In this document: piece after piece, positions 18,152-27,381 of the stretch
How positions within the stretch are numbered: position 1 is the first letter of the stretch
How the letters are laid out: each line of letters opens with the position of its first letter
From: Acutalibacteraceae bacterium
GTDB lineage: Bacteria; Bacillota; Clostridia; Oscillospirales; Acutalibacteraceae
Length of the DNA: 42,825 nt
Assembly (NCBI GenBank): GCA_045531045.1
Contig: JAZSDI010000102.1
Span: 1-42,825, forward strand
Direction of reading: 5' to 3'
Made by a program: the position numbers and the translations under genes
The notes under the pieces: model-generated
The model's database searches: none
What the model was told of the DNA's origin: nothing
Seen by the model: only the letters and a program-made list of their open reading frames with translations

Positions 18152-19513
18152 ATGTCAGAACGCACGGTTGCCGCTATTGCCACGGCTCAGGGTCAGTCGG
18201 CTTTGGGTGTAATCAGAATTTCGGGCGACAAGGCTTTAGAGGTTGCGGATAAGGTGTTTTTTCCTTTCAGCCAAAAGAAATTAGCCGATTTCAAAGGCTA
18301 CACCGCCGCATACGGACAGGTTAAGGACGGCGACAGTGTTATTGATGACGGCGTTGCATTGGTTTTTAGGGGCCCCAACAGCTTTACGGGTGAGGATACG
18401 GTTGAAATCACTCTCCACGGCGGCGCAATTATTTTGCGTGATACCCTAAGACTTATTTTAGAAAAGGGTGCTTTTCCTGCCCAGGCGGGTGAATTTACCA
18501 AACGAGCCTTTTTAAACGGCAAAACCGATTTAACAAGGGCTGAAAGTATAATGGGTCTCATTTCTGCCGAGAGCGAGGCGCAACTTAAACTGTCCCGTGC
18601 GGCGCACCTTGGTAAAACCGCCGAGAAAATTGAGGGTATAATTACCGCTTTAACAAAGGCGGACGCCGCAATTTCTGTTTTCTCCGATTACCCCGATGAA
18701 GATATTGACGGTCTTGACCGAGAAAGCTTTTCAAAAATGCTCGAAAATGCAAAAACAGACCTTGAAATTATGCTTAAAGACTATGATGCGGGTAAAATTT
18801 TGCGAGAGGGCATTGAAACCGCCATTGTGGGCAAACCCAATGTTGGAAAGTCCTCTTTAATGAATATGCTAAGCCGTGCCGACCGCTCGATTGTTACCGA
18901 TATTGCGGGAACAACCCGTGATGTTATTGAGGAAACCGTAAGACTGGGGGACATTATTCTTCGCCTTGCCGACACTGCAGGTATTCGTGAGACAGGCGAC
19001 CAAATTGAGAGTATCGGCGTGGAATTAGCCCTTAAGCGTATGGAAACTGCACAGCTTATTTTGGCAGTTTTTGACGGCTCACAAGATTTAGACAGTGACG
19101 ATTTGCGTCTGCTTGAAAACCTGAAAGGCAAAAATGCTCTTGTAATAATAAACAAAACCGACCTTGACAGTCGGCTTGACAGAGAAGTATTTAAAGATTT
19201 TAACCTTGTGGAAATTTCTGCAAAGGAAAACAATGGTTTAGATGCTTTGAGGGACAAAATCGCCGAAATCAGCGGTGTAAACAACATTTGTCCTGACAGC
19301 GCAAACCTCATAAACGAGCGTCAAAGAGCGTGTGCTAAGAGGGCGCTTGACGCTATTGACGAGGCATACACAGCAATTCTTTCGGGTCAGACTCTTGATG
19401 CCGTTGGCATTTGTGTTGACGATGCCCTTGCCTCACTTTTTGAACTGACGGGCAGACGGGTTACAAACGAGGTTGCCGACGAAATTTTCAGAAGCTTCTG
19501 TGTTGGAAAATAG
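18152..19513 (+). CDS. mnmE: tRNA modification GTPase MnmE
   Basis: G-domain motifs GKPNVGKSSL, DTAGIRE and NKTDL, plus a C-terminal CVGK. ATG 18152 lies 8 nt behind GGGGAG. The ORF track's upstream GTG at 18143 is a possible alternative start. Confidence 0.93.
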   Translation: MSERTVAAIATAQGQSALGVIRISGDKALEVADKVFFPFSQKKLADFKGYTAAYGQVKDGDSVIDDGVALVFRGPNSFTGEDTVEITLHGGAIILRDTLRLILEKGAFPAQAGEFTKRAFLNGKTDLTRAESIMGLISAESEAQLKLSRAAHLGKTAEKIEGIITALTKADAAISVFSDYPDEDIDGLDRESFSKMLENAKTDLEIMLKDYDAGKILREGIETAIVGKPNVGKSSLMNMLSRADRSIVTDIAGTTRDVIEETVRLGDIILRLADTAGIRETGDQIESIGVELALKRMETAQLILAVFDGSQDLDSDDLRLLENLKGKNALVIINKTDLDSRLDREVFKDFNLVEISAKENNGLDALRDKIAEISGVNNICPDSANLINERQRACAKRALDAIDEAYTAILSGQTLDAVGICVDDALASLFELTGRRVTNEVADEIFRSFCVGK

Positions 19514-19522
19514 AATAAAATT

Positions 19523-19549
19523 AACCGCCGACTAATTTGGTCGGCGGTT
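19523..19549. terminator. Bidirectional terminator between convergent mnmE and the glycan operon (wzx)
   Basis: AACCGCCGAC-taatttg-GTCGGCGGTT hairpin, followed by TTGTTTT on the plus strand and an A/T-rich run on the minus strand. Confidence 0.85.
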
Positions 19550-19554
19550 TTGTT

Positions 19555-21069
19555 TTAAATAATTTGCTTGCGTAAAAACTTGTCTTTTAATAGATTTATT
19601 GCAAATTTTGCAGATTCAATATTACATAGAGATAGAACAGCAAAGAATATAATTAATGTAACCAGCGAATAAGGAATTGCAAAAAGAATAATCGAAAAAT
19701 AAGAGTTTAGCGAAACAGTAATAAAACGGCTCACAAAATTCAAAATCACAAACAATGCAAAATTTACAAACCATATTTTATATGTATGCCAACAACTTCT
19801 CTTCAAAATCTTTTTGTTTGCATAAATTATAATATCGTTTGTTCTATATAAAAGTGCGGCAATTGTTCCTATAAGTGCACCGTAAATTCCCCAATATTTT
19901 ATGGCAACAACAGATACCACAATATTGATACCTGCTTCAAGAATTGTGCGCCACTGTGTTTGTTTGAAATGACCTTCAAAATTTATAACATTGTTGGGTG
20001 CGTTTCTTCCGCAAGACAACAAGCTGATAGCAGAAAATAAATACGGGAGATATTTGTTTATATAAGTAATGTCGGTAACATCGCTTGTATAAAGACCTAT
20101 AAAGGGCAAAATGAAGAAATTAACTATTGAATAAAGAGCAAAAACCAATGTAACATAGTATAATTCATAACAATTATATAGCTTCATAAACCGTTTTTTA
20201 TCTGAGTGATAGGTTTGACCCAAGACAAAAACCACGCTGCCCGAAACGGCTGTTTGCAGTGTTATTACCATATTGAAAAATAAATTATATAACGAATATA
20301 CACTAACAACCTTTAGACCGCAGAAAAAAGAAAGCAGAATACTATCAGTGCTGTTAAAAACAAGACCGCTTACCTGATGGACAAGAACATTTTTATTTTG
20401 TGAAAGTGATTCAAAATCGGGCTTGGCTTTTAGGTCAATCCAAGTATAATGTTTTTTTATATACCATGTTATATACAGCATTTGAATTAAACTTACAATC
20501 ATGGCTATCATTTGAACAAAAACAACACTGAAACCAAGTGACATAAGCACTATTTTAGCTATGTTCTTAAAAACATTGGTAAACATCGTTAGTGAGGTTT
20601 TTACATAGTTTTTTCCCTCTGCTTGAAGCAGTAAAAAATATTTTTCTTGAAAGAAGAAGCTTATAACACTGCCAAGTCCATTGAAAACTATAACCAAAAC
20701 AACAGTATTAAGGGGAATATCGGTAGCTACCACAAGAGGATAGATTATTGAGAAAAGCAAAATAGCTATTAAATACAATATTCCCGTTTTATGATAATAT
20801 CTATTTGTGGCAGATAAAACAGCATTTGTTTTATTGCGGTCTCCAATACCTATAGTTCTATATAAAGCCTGAACGGTAGCAATGCCCACACCTGCTTCTA
20901 ACAGGGCTATATAAGAATAAATTTGTGTAACGGTGCTGAGCAATCCGTTTGTTTCTGAACCGTAGCTTGTCAAAATAAAGCGAGGCACAAGGATACCCAA
21001 CAATATAGTAAGAGCCTCACTTGCAAGACTAAGGGACATATTATAAACTACTTTTTTCTTATTATTCAT
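19555..21069 (-). CDS. wzx: Oligosaccharide/polysaccharide flippase (MOP/PST family, Wzx-like)
   Basis: 504 aa with ~12-14 hydrophobic helices and a PST-type N-terminus (LASEALTILLGILVPRFILTSYGSETNGL). It is the last gene of the operon. Confidence 0.85.
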   Translation of the reverse strand: MNNKKKVVYNMSLSLASEALTILLGILVPRFILTSYGSETNGLLSTVTQIYSYIALLEAGVGIATVQALYRTIGIGDRNKTNAVLSATNRYYHKTGILYLIAILLFSIIYPLVVATDIPLNTVVLVIVFNGLGSVISFFFQEKYFLLLQAEGKNYVKTSLTMFTNVFKNIAKIVLMSLGFSVVFVQMIAMIVSLIQMLYITWYIKKHYTWIDLKAKPDFESLSQNKNVLVHQVSGLVFNSTDSILLSFFCGLKVVSVYSLYNLFFNMVITLQTAVSGSVVFVLGQTYHSDKKRFMKLYNCYELYYVTLVFALYSIVNFFILPFIGLYTSDVTDITYINKYLPYLFSAISLLSCGRNAPNNVINFEGHFKQTQWRTILEAGINIVVSVVAIKYWGIYGALIGTIAALLYRTNDIIIYANKKILKRSCWHTYKIWFVNFALFVILNFVSRFITVSLNSYFSIILFAIPYSLVTLIIFFAVLSLCNIESAKFAINLLKDKFLRKQII

Positions 21070-21070
21070 T

Positions 21071-22219
21071 TCAGCCCTCGTAAAAATACCTTTTCTTTAT
21101 AGATATAATTTTTGATTTTAACTTTGCAATCAAACTTTTAGATTTAATAGATTTTACACATTCTGAATATTTGTTTGAATTAATTTTTTCGAAAAATTCT
21201 GCCCTTTTCGAAATATCAATCTTTTTTTCTTTTTTTATTTCATTGGCAGAAAACTCGTTGTAATTAACCTGTTGTAAATGAAGCAAATTCTCACAGTTTT
21301 TAAGAAGTTCTCTTGCCTTATTACTTCTTACCATAACACAGGAAACGCCGTTTTTGGGTGGTTTTTGGGATGTGTATTTGACAACACTATAGAAATCGCC
21401 CAAGGTAATATCAGCATAACTGTTGTTGATGTTGTATTCACATTTAAAGCAAGAGGGTCTTAAAGAAAGTCCTAAGCCCATGAATTTTCGGTAACTGTCT
21501 CCGCCGTATTGGCATATCGTTTTACCATTGGCAAAATACAGTGCGGTTGCGTAGCAATCCCAACCGTAACGCTTATCCTTAAAATCAATGTTGTTAATTC
21601 GCGAACGGTATTTATTTTGGTTATAGTTTAAATATTCCTTGTAAACCTTAGGACTGGGTACACCGAAACATAAAACCTCACATAAAATGAGATTGTCATA
21701 ATCGCGGTTTAAATATCCCACAAGACCCGCAATTTGGCAAGGTGTTCCTGAAAAGAGCACCGTTTTGCCGAAATCAAGCTGAGATTTTACTTGATTATAA
21801 ATATTTGCAGCGTCGCTTTGAACATATTTTGATTTTTGTAGCTTTGAAATGTTATCAATACTATCAACAAAAATGTGTTTAACGCTGAAATCATCAGCAA
21901 AAGCGGCGCCAAAAACAACACCGCCGTTTTCTAAGATGTGTTTTGCAAGAGGCAGAAAAATACCGCCCGAAGAACTGGAATTTCGGCTGTCATTATCCTT
22001 ATTCCACGCGGCATACACATCATACTGTTGCATTTTAGGAAACACATTAAACTTACAGGTGTTTTCACATTTTTTGCAGTTAATACATACAGCATCATTT
22101 ATGATGGGATACCAAAATCCCTCATTGTCCTCTATGAATTTAATTGCATTTACAGGACAAACGTCGCCACAAGCTTTACAGCCGCAACAATTTTCTTTGC
22201 TTTTGTTGTTAAAATACAT
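21071..22219 (-). CDS. FrhB-like (coenzyme F420 hydrogenase/dehydrogenase beta-subunit family) Fe-S flavoprotein
   Basis: Two ferredoxin-type cluster motifs at the N-terminus (CCGCKACGDVCP and CINCKKCENTC), followed by an FrhB-like body. GAGG RBS. Confidence 0.75.
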   Translation of the reverse strand: MYFNNKSKENCCGCKACGDVCPVNAIKFIEDNEGFWYPIINDAVCINCKKCENTCKFNVFPKMQQYDVYAAWNKDNDSRNSSSSGGIFLPLAKHILENGGVVFGAAFADDFSVKHIFVDSIDNISKLQKSKYVQSDAANIYNQVKSQLDFGKTVLFSGTPCQIAGLVGYLNRDYDNLILCEVLCFGVPSPKVYKEYLNYNQNKYRSRINNIDFKDKRYGWDCYATALYFANGKTICQYGGDSYRKFMGLGLSLRPSCFKCEYNINNSYADITLGDFYSVVKYTSQKPPKNGVSCVMVRSNKARELLKNCENLLHLQQVNYNEFSANEIKKEKKIDISKRAEFFEKINSNKYSECVKSIKSKSLIAKLKSKIISIKKRYFYEG

Positions 22220-22222
22220 TTT

Positions 22223-23153
22223 TTACCTCAATATAATTTCGAGAGTATCTTTGACATAACTGTCAGGGCGAAGATGATTCAAATAATATTCACGGTTCTT
22301 TTGCATCATATCAGAAAGCAAATCACCGTTTGTAAATAGGCGGTTCACCTTTTCAATACAAGAATTTATACTGTCATAAGTGTAAAAATTCCTGTTCTCA
22401 ATAAGATTTGCAGGTACCAAGTAAAAAGGTTGTTCGGAACTACACCGCCGATAAAATGGCTGCCAAATTCTTTTTTAAGTGCTCTTACAAGTCCGGACCT
22501 GAGCTCACTGATTTTAGAGTATTCTTCTCTTTTTTTCTCAATTCTCTCTTCAACCGAAAAACCGTCTAAATCGGTGTTTTGGCTACTGTAAGATGAAGCA
22601 ATTGATGGGTCCCAAAGTTTGGTGTAAAAGAAAACCTTGGGGTCTTTAATTGTTGAGGGAGCCATTTCAAAGGCATCAGTATATATGTTTTTAAATAAAT
22701 TTTTAAAAAAGAGCAGTTTTCGGGCAAGTTTTTTAGCTTCTGAAATATCTCTGTTTAATATAATGCTTTTAAAATTTACCGCATTTAAAGGAGAGTCTTT
22801 GCAAGTAACATGGTATCTTGGGGCAAGGACAAATATTTTATCCTTATTTCGCATATCGCTATGAAAAGATTCACGCAAAGATGCCCTAAATAAAAATCAA
22901 CATTATCAAGCATATCGTCAATTGCTTTAAAGGAGGGGTAATTATTATATCCGTCGATCAAATCGTAAATTACCCCTTTGCCATCTACTAAAACCTCAAT
23001 TATTGCACTATGAAAAAACTCTTTTTTGAGGTCGGGTTTTTCTGCTAAAGTGAATGTGAGGTGGTTTTCTTTTGCGAGAAGTGTAAAACCTGCTATTATT
23101 TGGTCAACATACATTGAATTGCGGTCTGCAACTGCAATGGAACAATTGAGCAT
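22223..23153 (-). pseudogene. Uncharacterised glycan-locus gene (~310 codons) interrupted by two frameshifts
   Basis: Three consecutive overlapping same-strand ORFs (22785-23153, 22366-22878, 22223-22420) read as one protein if one base is added or removed near 22892-22896 and near 22423-22427. Both sites are A5/T5 runs. The gene is packed 3 nt from both neighbours. Confidence 0.6.
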
Positions 23154-23156
23154 ATT

Positions 23157-24110
23157 TTAGTTCTCCTTTTTGTGTATAAACAACGCATTATAAAGAATGA
23201 AAAAAAGAGTAGAAAGTTTTTCTTTTAAATTATAAGCGGGGTTAGAAAACAAAGGCTTTTCCAAATTGCAAAGCATGCCTGAAATGACTTGTCGATTTGA
23301 TTTTAACTGTTTTTTTGAAAGAATAGACATTAACAATTCTATTATGAGCTTGTTTTTTCTTATTTTAATTTTTTTAAGCTCCTCATTTGGAAAACAGGGC
23401 TCGACAAATTCAAAAATTTCGTCCCAAACCTTGATTCTATCAAGAAAATTAACGGTTGAAAATGTACCCATTATACTCGAACTTCTTTGTCTGTAATTAT
23501 AAAGGCAAAGAGGTGAAACCACGGCACAGTCACATTTTGCGGCTAAGCGATAGGTGGTTCTTGCATCTTCATATAATTTTCCCTCGGGGTATTTTATATC
23601 GTCAAATAAATTACGCTTATAAATCTTGTTACAAGCCGAAAATTCGTGATATAAACGCAAAAGAACATCATTTCCTCGATATACAGTTGTTTCTTTCTCG
23701 GGAATTTCACGGCTTATTCTTTTCGAGTCGTTAAAAAACGCGAAGAAATTGCACATTGAAATATCGGCATTATATTTTAATGCGTTGCCAACTAAATGTT
23801 CGAACATATTGTTTTCAACAAAATCGTCACTGTCTATAAAAGCAAGATACTCTCCACGGGCTTTTTCTATACCATAGTTTCTGGCAGAGGAAAGGCCTCC
23901 GTTTTGTTTGTGAAAGGCAAAAACGTTGTCATATTTTTCTGCAAATTTATCGCATATTGAACCGCTGTTGTCGGTAGAACCGTCATCAACAAGAATAATT
24001 TCAAAACCCTTGAAGGTTTGATTTATCAGCGAATCAATGCATTGATTCAAATAAACTTCAACATTATAAACAGGCACTATAACGCTTAGAACAACGTTTT
24101 GTTTGTTCAT
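23157..24110 (-). CDS. Family 2 glycosyltransferase
   Basis: LSVIVPVYNVEVYLNQCIDSLINQT, VDDGSTD, and FIDSDD (DxD). Confidence 0.9.
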   Translation of the reverse strand: MNKQNVVLSVIVPVYNVEVYLNQCIDSLINQTFKGFEIILVDDGSTDNSGSICDKFAEKYDNVFAFHKQNGGLSSARNYGIEKARGEYLAFIDSDDFVENNMFEHLVGNALKYNADISMCNFFAFFNDSKRISREIPEKETTVYRGNDVLLRLYHEFSACNKIYKRNLFDDIKYPEGKLYEDARTTYRLAAKCDCAVVSPLCLYNYRQRSSSIMGTFSTVNFLDRIKVWDEIFEFVEPCFPNEELKKIKIRKNKLIIELLMSILSKKQLKSNRQVISGMLCNLEKPLFSNPAYNLKEKLSTLFFILYNALFIHKKEN

Positions 24111-25213
24111 TTAATTTCTTCCTTTTTTAAAACAGAGTCTATATATTTTTTGGATTTTTCAATATGTTGGGTTAATTTAGGCAAAACCAAATCATAGTTT
24201 ATGTTTTCAATCGGTTGAGAAGCATCTAAAACAAGGCGGTTTTCAAGCCCTGCAATTTTCAACAAATCGGTCATTCGGGAATTTATACCCTCGATTCGAT
24301 TAAAAACAACAAATTGTTTTTTGAAAATCAAGGAAAATGCGGTAGCATGGAAAGAGTTTGAGACCACAAACTTGGCGTTTTTGACCAAACTCAAAAACGC
24401 TGCCGGACCTTCGTTATAAAAGCATTTATCGGCATAATCACAATCCAAAACCGAATATATTTTAAGTCCCTCTTTTTTTGCCTTTTCAAAAACAAAGGAT
24501 TTAATGTTTTCATCCCCGTTAAATGCGTAGGTTAAAATATACTCATCTTTTAAATCTAATTTTTTGCAAACAGGCGACCATTTTTCTTCCTCTAACAAAA
24601 ATACAGGGTCTAAAACGGTTGTGGCGCCCTTGATTCCAAGATTTTCTATAATTTCTACGCCGGTTTTTTCTCTGACCGAAATAAAATCAAGATTTGAAAG
24701 CCACTTTTTAATTTGCGGTTTATATTCTTCTGCAACAGTAGCGGTTGCAAAACTTGCCGCATAAGAGGCTTTAATGCTATCCTTCGGCGCAAAATCAAGA
24801 TAAAACGCAGGGTCTTTTCCGTTATTAAAAAGGGTGTTCCAAATCTGGTCGCTTCCCGCAAAATAAACATCAGCCAAAGGGGGATTTGCCTTCAAATCCT
24901 CATTAGAAACATATCTTTTTTCGGTTAAAGGCAGTTTAGCGGTGAAATTGTCATATTCTTTTTTGCGTTTAGAAAAAAGCGCCGATAATCTCCGGGGCAA
25001 TTTTGCCAAAATATAAAGTTGTTTAACAATGGGTTTATTAAACCTTGAGTTTCCCGCATAAGTCAGAGAGTAGTGTCTGCTTAAATAATCAGGTTTATAG
25101 TTTATTATTTCGGTGTCATGCCCTAGGTTGTTTAAATATTTTGACAAAGCATAGGCTTGTAAACTTGCACCCGAATTATAAACATCGTGACAGGTTATAG
25201 TTTTAATTTTCAT
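24107..25213 (-). CDS. Polysaccharide pyruvyl transferase family protein
   Basis: 368 aa. The N-terminus (KIKTITCHDVYNSGASLQAYAL) and overall pattern resemble the PS_pyruv_trans (WcaK/CsaB-like) family. Confidence 0.75.
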   Translation of the reverse strand: MKIKTITCHDVYNSGASLQAYALSKYLNNLGHDTEIINYKPDYLSRHYSLTYAGNSRFNKPIVKQLYILAKLPRRLSALFSKRKKEYDNFTAKLPLTEKRYVSNEDLKANPPLADVYFAGSDQIWNTLFNNGKDPAFYLDFAPKDSIKASYAASFATATVAEEYKPQIKKWLSNLDFISVREKTGVEIIENLGIKGATTVLDPVFLLEEEKWSPVCKKLDLKDEYILTYAFNGDENIKSFVFEKAKKEGLKIYSVLDCDYADKCFYNEGPAAFLSLVKNAKFVVSNSFHATAFSLIFKKQFVVFNRIEGINSRMTDLLKIAGLENRLVLDASQPIENINYDLVLPKLTQHIEKSKKYIDSVLKKEEIK

Positions 25214-25232
25214 TAGAACTGCGTCCTTATTT

Positions 25233-26297
25233 TTAAGTTTTATTTTTTAATGAGATACGGTATATACAGCGCTCAATTCCCATAATCACATAGGAAGTTG
25301 CAACGCAGAGAATAATTAAAAACAAAAATATAAATAAAGGATATTTGACCGAAACCAAAAGTTCTTTAAACATAATAGCATAAAAGAACATATGAGTAAG
25401 CCACATATTTGTTGAGTGTTTTCCTAAAAACAGGAACACTTTTTGCACCAAATTTGACTTTTTAAGCAAATTAAAAATCAAAAATGAAGCCACCGAAACA
25501 AAGCCCATCAAAACGGCTTTGTGCACAATAGAGTTGGCAACGAAAATTAAAATCCACGTAGATAAAAGAAATAAGTTTTGATATTTAGATGGAATAAACT
25601 TATCAAGCTTTTCTTTTACCGTATCCATAGTCTTGAATTTGCAAAAGAATGCACCCATCCAAAACCAAGGCAAAACATCAATTATATTCAATGTTTCTAC
25701 CACAACAAAGGTGAAAACAGAATCGTTTTTAACAAGCTCGGGTATAAAATTAAAACGGTTAAGAAAATACCAAGCAATATCTATTCCAAAGCAGAGTGAA
25801 AAACCTATAAAAGGATTTTTAATTTTCTTTACAGGTAATAAGACAAGTGCTGCAGGAATTAAGAGCAGTAAAATATATGTATTCAAATACCACCAAGCGC
25901 CGTTGTAACTATGGAGTAAAAATATGCTTTTAATGAAAGCCACAGGACTTGCGGGTATTCTTTCGTTTTTGAAAATAAGACCTAAAAGGCCAAACAGAAA
26001 AAGCACTATCCAATAGTTTGTTAAAAGCCTTAAAATCCTGCCGCCGTTACTTTTAAAAGAGGTTTTACCCTTTTGGAACAAAAGATATTGAGCAAAACCG
26101 GCACACATAGAATAAAGCGGAACGCAAATTTCGGCAAAAAAGCCAAGATAATATACCGCGGGTGTGGTTTCGTTTACCCATAACAGCGGTGTGCCAAGCA
26201 CACCTTCGCCTGTTACACAAAAAAGGTGTAACACAAGCATACTTAAAATGGCTAAACCCTTTGTCATTATAGAATCGTTTTTAGTATACATTACCAT
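25233..26297 (-). CDS. Acyltransferase-3 family membrane O-acyltransferase
   Basis: 354 aa with ~10 helices and the KGLAILSMLVLHLF histidine motif near the N-terminus. Confidence 0.75.
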   Translation of the reverse strand: MVMYTKNDSIMTKGLAILSMLVLHLFCVTGEGVLGTPLLWVNETTPAVYYLGFFAEICVPLYSMCAGFAQYLLFQKGKTSFKSNGGRILRLLTNYWIVLFLFGLLGLIFKNERIPASPVAFIKSIFLLHSYNGAWWYLNTYILLLLIPAALVLLPVKKIKNPFIGFSLCFGIDIAWYFLNRFNFIPELVKNDSVFTFVVVETLNIIDVLPWFWMGAFFCKFKTMDTVKEKLDKFIPSKYQNLFLLSTWILIFVANSIVHKAVLMGFVSVASFLIFNLLKKSNLVQKVFLFLGKHSTNMWLTHMFFYAIMFKELLVSVKYPLFIFLFLIILCVATSYVIMGIERCIYRISLKNKT

Positions 26298-27381
26298 AAA
26301 TAAACCCCTGTACAGATTTGGTTTTGATTATATAAGAGGAAAGCTTGTTAAATAAAACCGCAACAACAATCGTGATTGTTAATACAGATATGGTAAATAA
26401 TTCTTCGGATATTTTAGGCAATCCCAAATCTAACAAGCACTCTATTATAAGTCCGTGGAAAAGATATATTTCCAAAGAAATTTTACCAAGGAAACTTGTT
26501 ATACGGTTTATAACATTAAATTTATACATTAAAATGCATAAAAATATTGGAATAAAGAAGCCCATAAGAACACTGTTTATAAACCAAACATCAAAGGTGA
26601 ATTTTCCTCTTGCAAAAGAAAAGGGTAAATTTATTATACGGTTAAAGATTGCAGGGAATAAATACGCACCTAGACTAAAGATAAATGCAATTCCCGTAAA
26701 TAACCAGTAATTATTTTTTAAGGTCATTTCAATGCTATCTTTTTTATACGCAAAACAAATTCCAACAACAAACATTTCGCATGTGAGTATCCACCACTCG
26801 GGCCAACCGAAAATCACGCAACAAAATATATAAATTGCTATTCCTATGCAAATTTTCAAAACAGTTTTTTTGGTATTAAACCCTTTTTTGCGGAAAACAA
26901 GCCAGAAAATAACCGAAAAGACCAAAATTGCAACCATATACCAAGAGTTGCTTATAAGGTCACCTTTAACGGTTCTTGTCAAAATTTCTTTAAATGGAAC
27001 GTCAAAGAAGACACAGCGAACAAATATGTAAATCAAAATTAAAATTAAGTAAGGTATACCCAAGTTTACAAATCGCTTCTTTAAAAAACCGTTCATATAG
27101 TTTGGCTTGTTTTTTAAGCTTACAACCAAAGAATATCCGCTGAATATAAAAAACAGTCCGACTCCCACACTTGCCATAATAGACATTGATACAAAAGGAA
27201 GTTCTCTTTCAACCCTTGCGGTCAAATGACACAAAACGATTGAAATCGCAAGTATTCCTCTTACAGCGTTAGTATTCTTTAAAGAAAAGGCCTCTTGCGA
27301 AATGTCATTAGAAAAAACATCAGTATTCTTTCTAATTGAAAAAAGAAGAAAAACTAAAAACACAGCAGTTACGATAATCAT
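26281..27381 (-). CDS. Acyltransferase-3 family membrane O-acyltransferase
   Basis: 366 aa. NAVRGILAISIVLCHL motif; polytopic. Confidence 0.8.
   Translation of the reverse strand: MIIVTAVFLVFLLFSIRKNTDVFSNDISQEAFSLKNTNAVRGILAISIVLCHLTARVERELPFVSMSIMASVGVGLFFIFSGYSLVVSLKNKPNYMNGFLKKRFVNLGIPYLILILIYIFVRCVFFDVPFKEILTRTVKGDLISNSWYMVAILVFSVIFWLVFRKKGFNTKKTVLKICIGIAIYIFCCVIFGWPEWWILTCEMFVVGICFAYKKDSIEMTLKNNYWLFTGIAFIFSLGAYLFPAIFNRIINLPFSFARGKFTFDVWFINSVLMGFFIPIFLCILMYKFNVINRITSFLGKISLEIYLFHGLIIECLLDLGLPKISEELFTISVLTITIVVAVLFNKLSSYIIKTKSVQGFIYGNVY

Noticed and set aside
13873-19513. prfA is not followed by prmC, and mnmE is not followed by mnmG/rsmG, which could hint at rearrangement or insertion of the glycan island.
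   Set aside because: Gene order for these loci varies among Clostridia. There are no repeats, integrase or tRNA at the junction to support an insertion event, and the glycan operon is convergent rather than inserted within an operon.
21849-22339. Two overlapping plus-strand ORFs of more than 130 aa (21849-22259 and 21938-22339) opposite the FrhB-like gene, in an otherwise AT-rich region where long random ORFs are less expected.
   Set aside because: No RBS, no recognisable motifs, and compositionally odd translations. Both are antisense to a gene with clear Fe-S motifs. I treat them as chance shadow frames, though ribosome profiling would be needed to exclude them formally.
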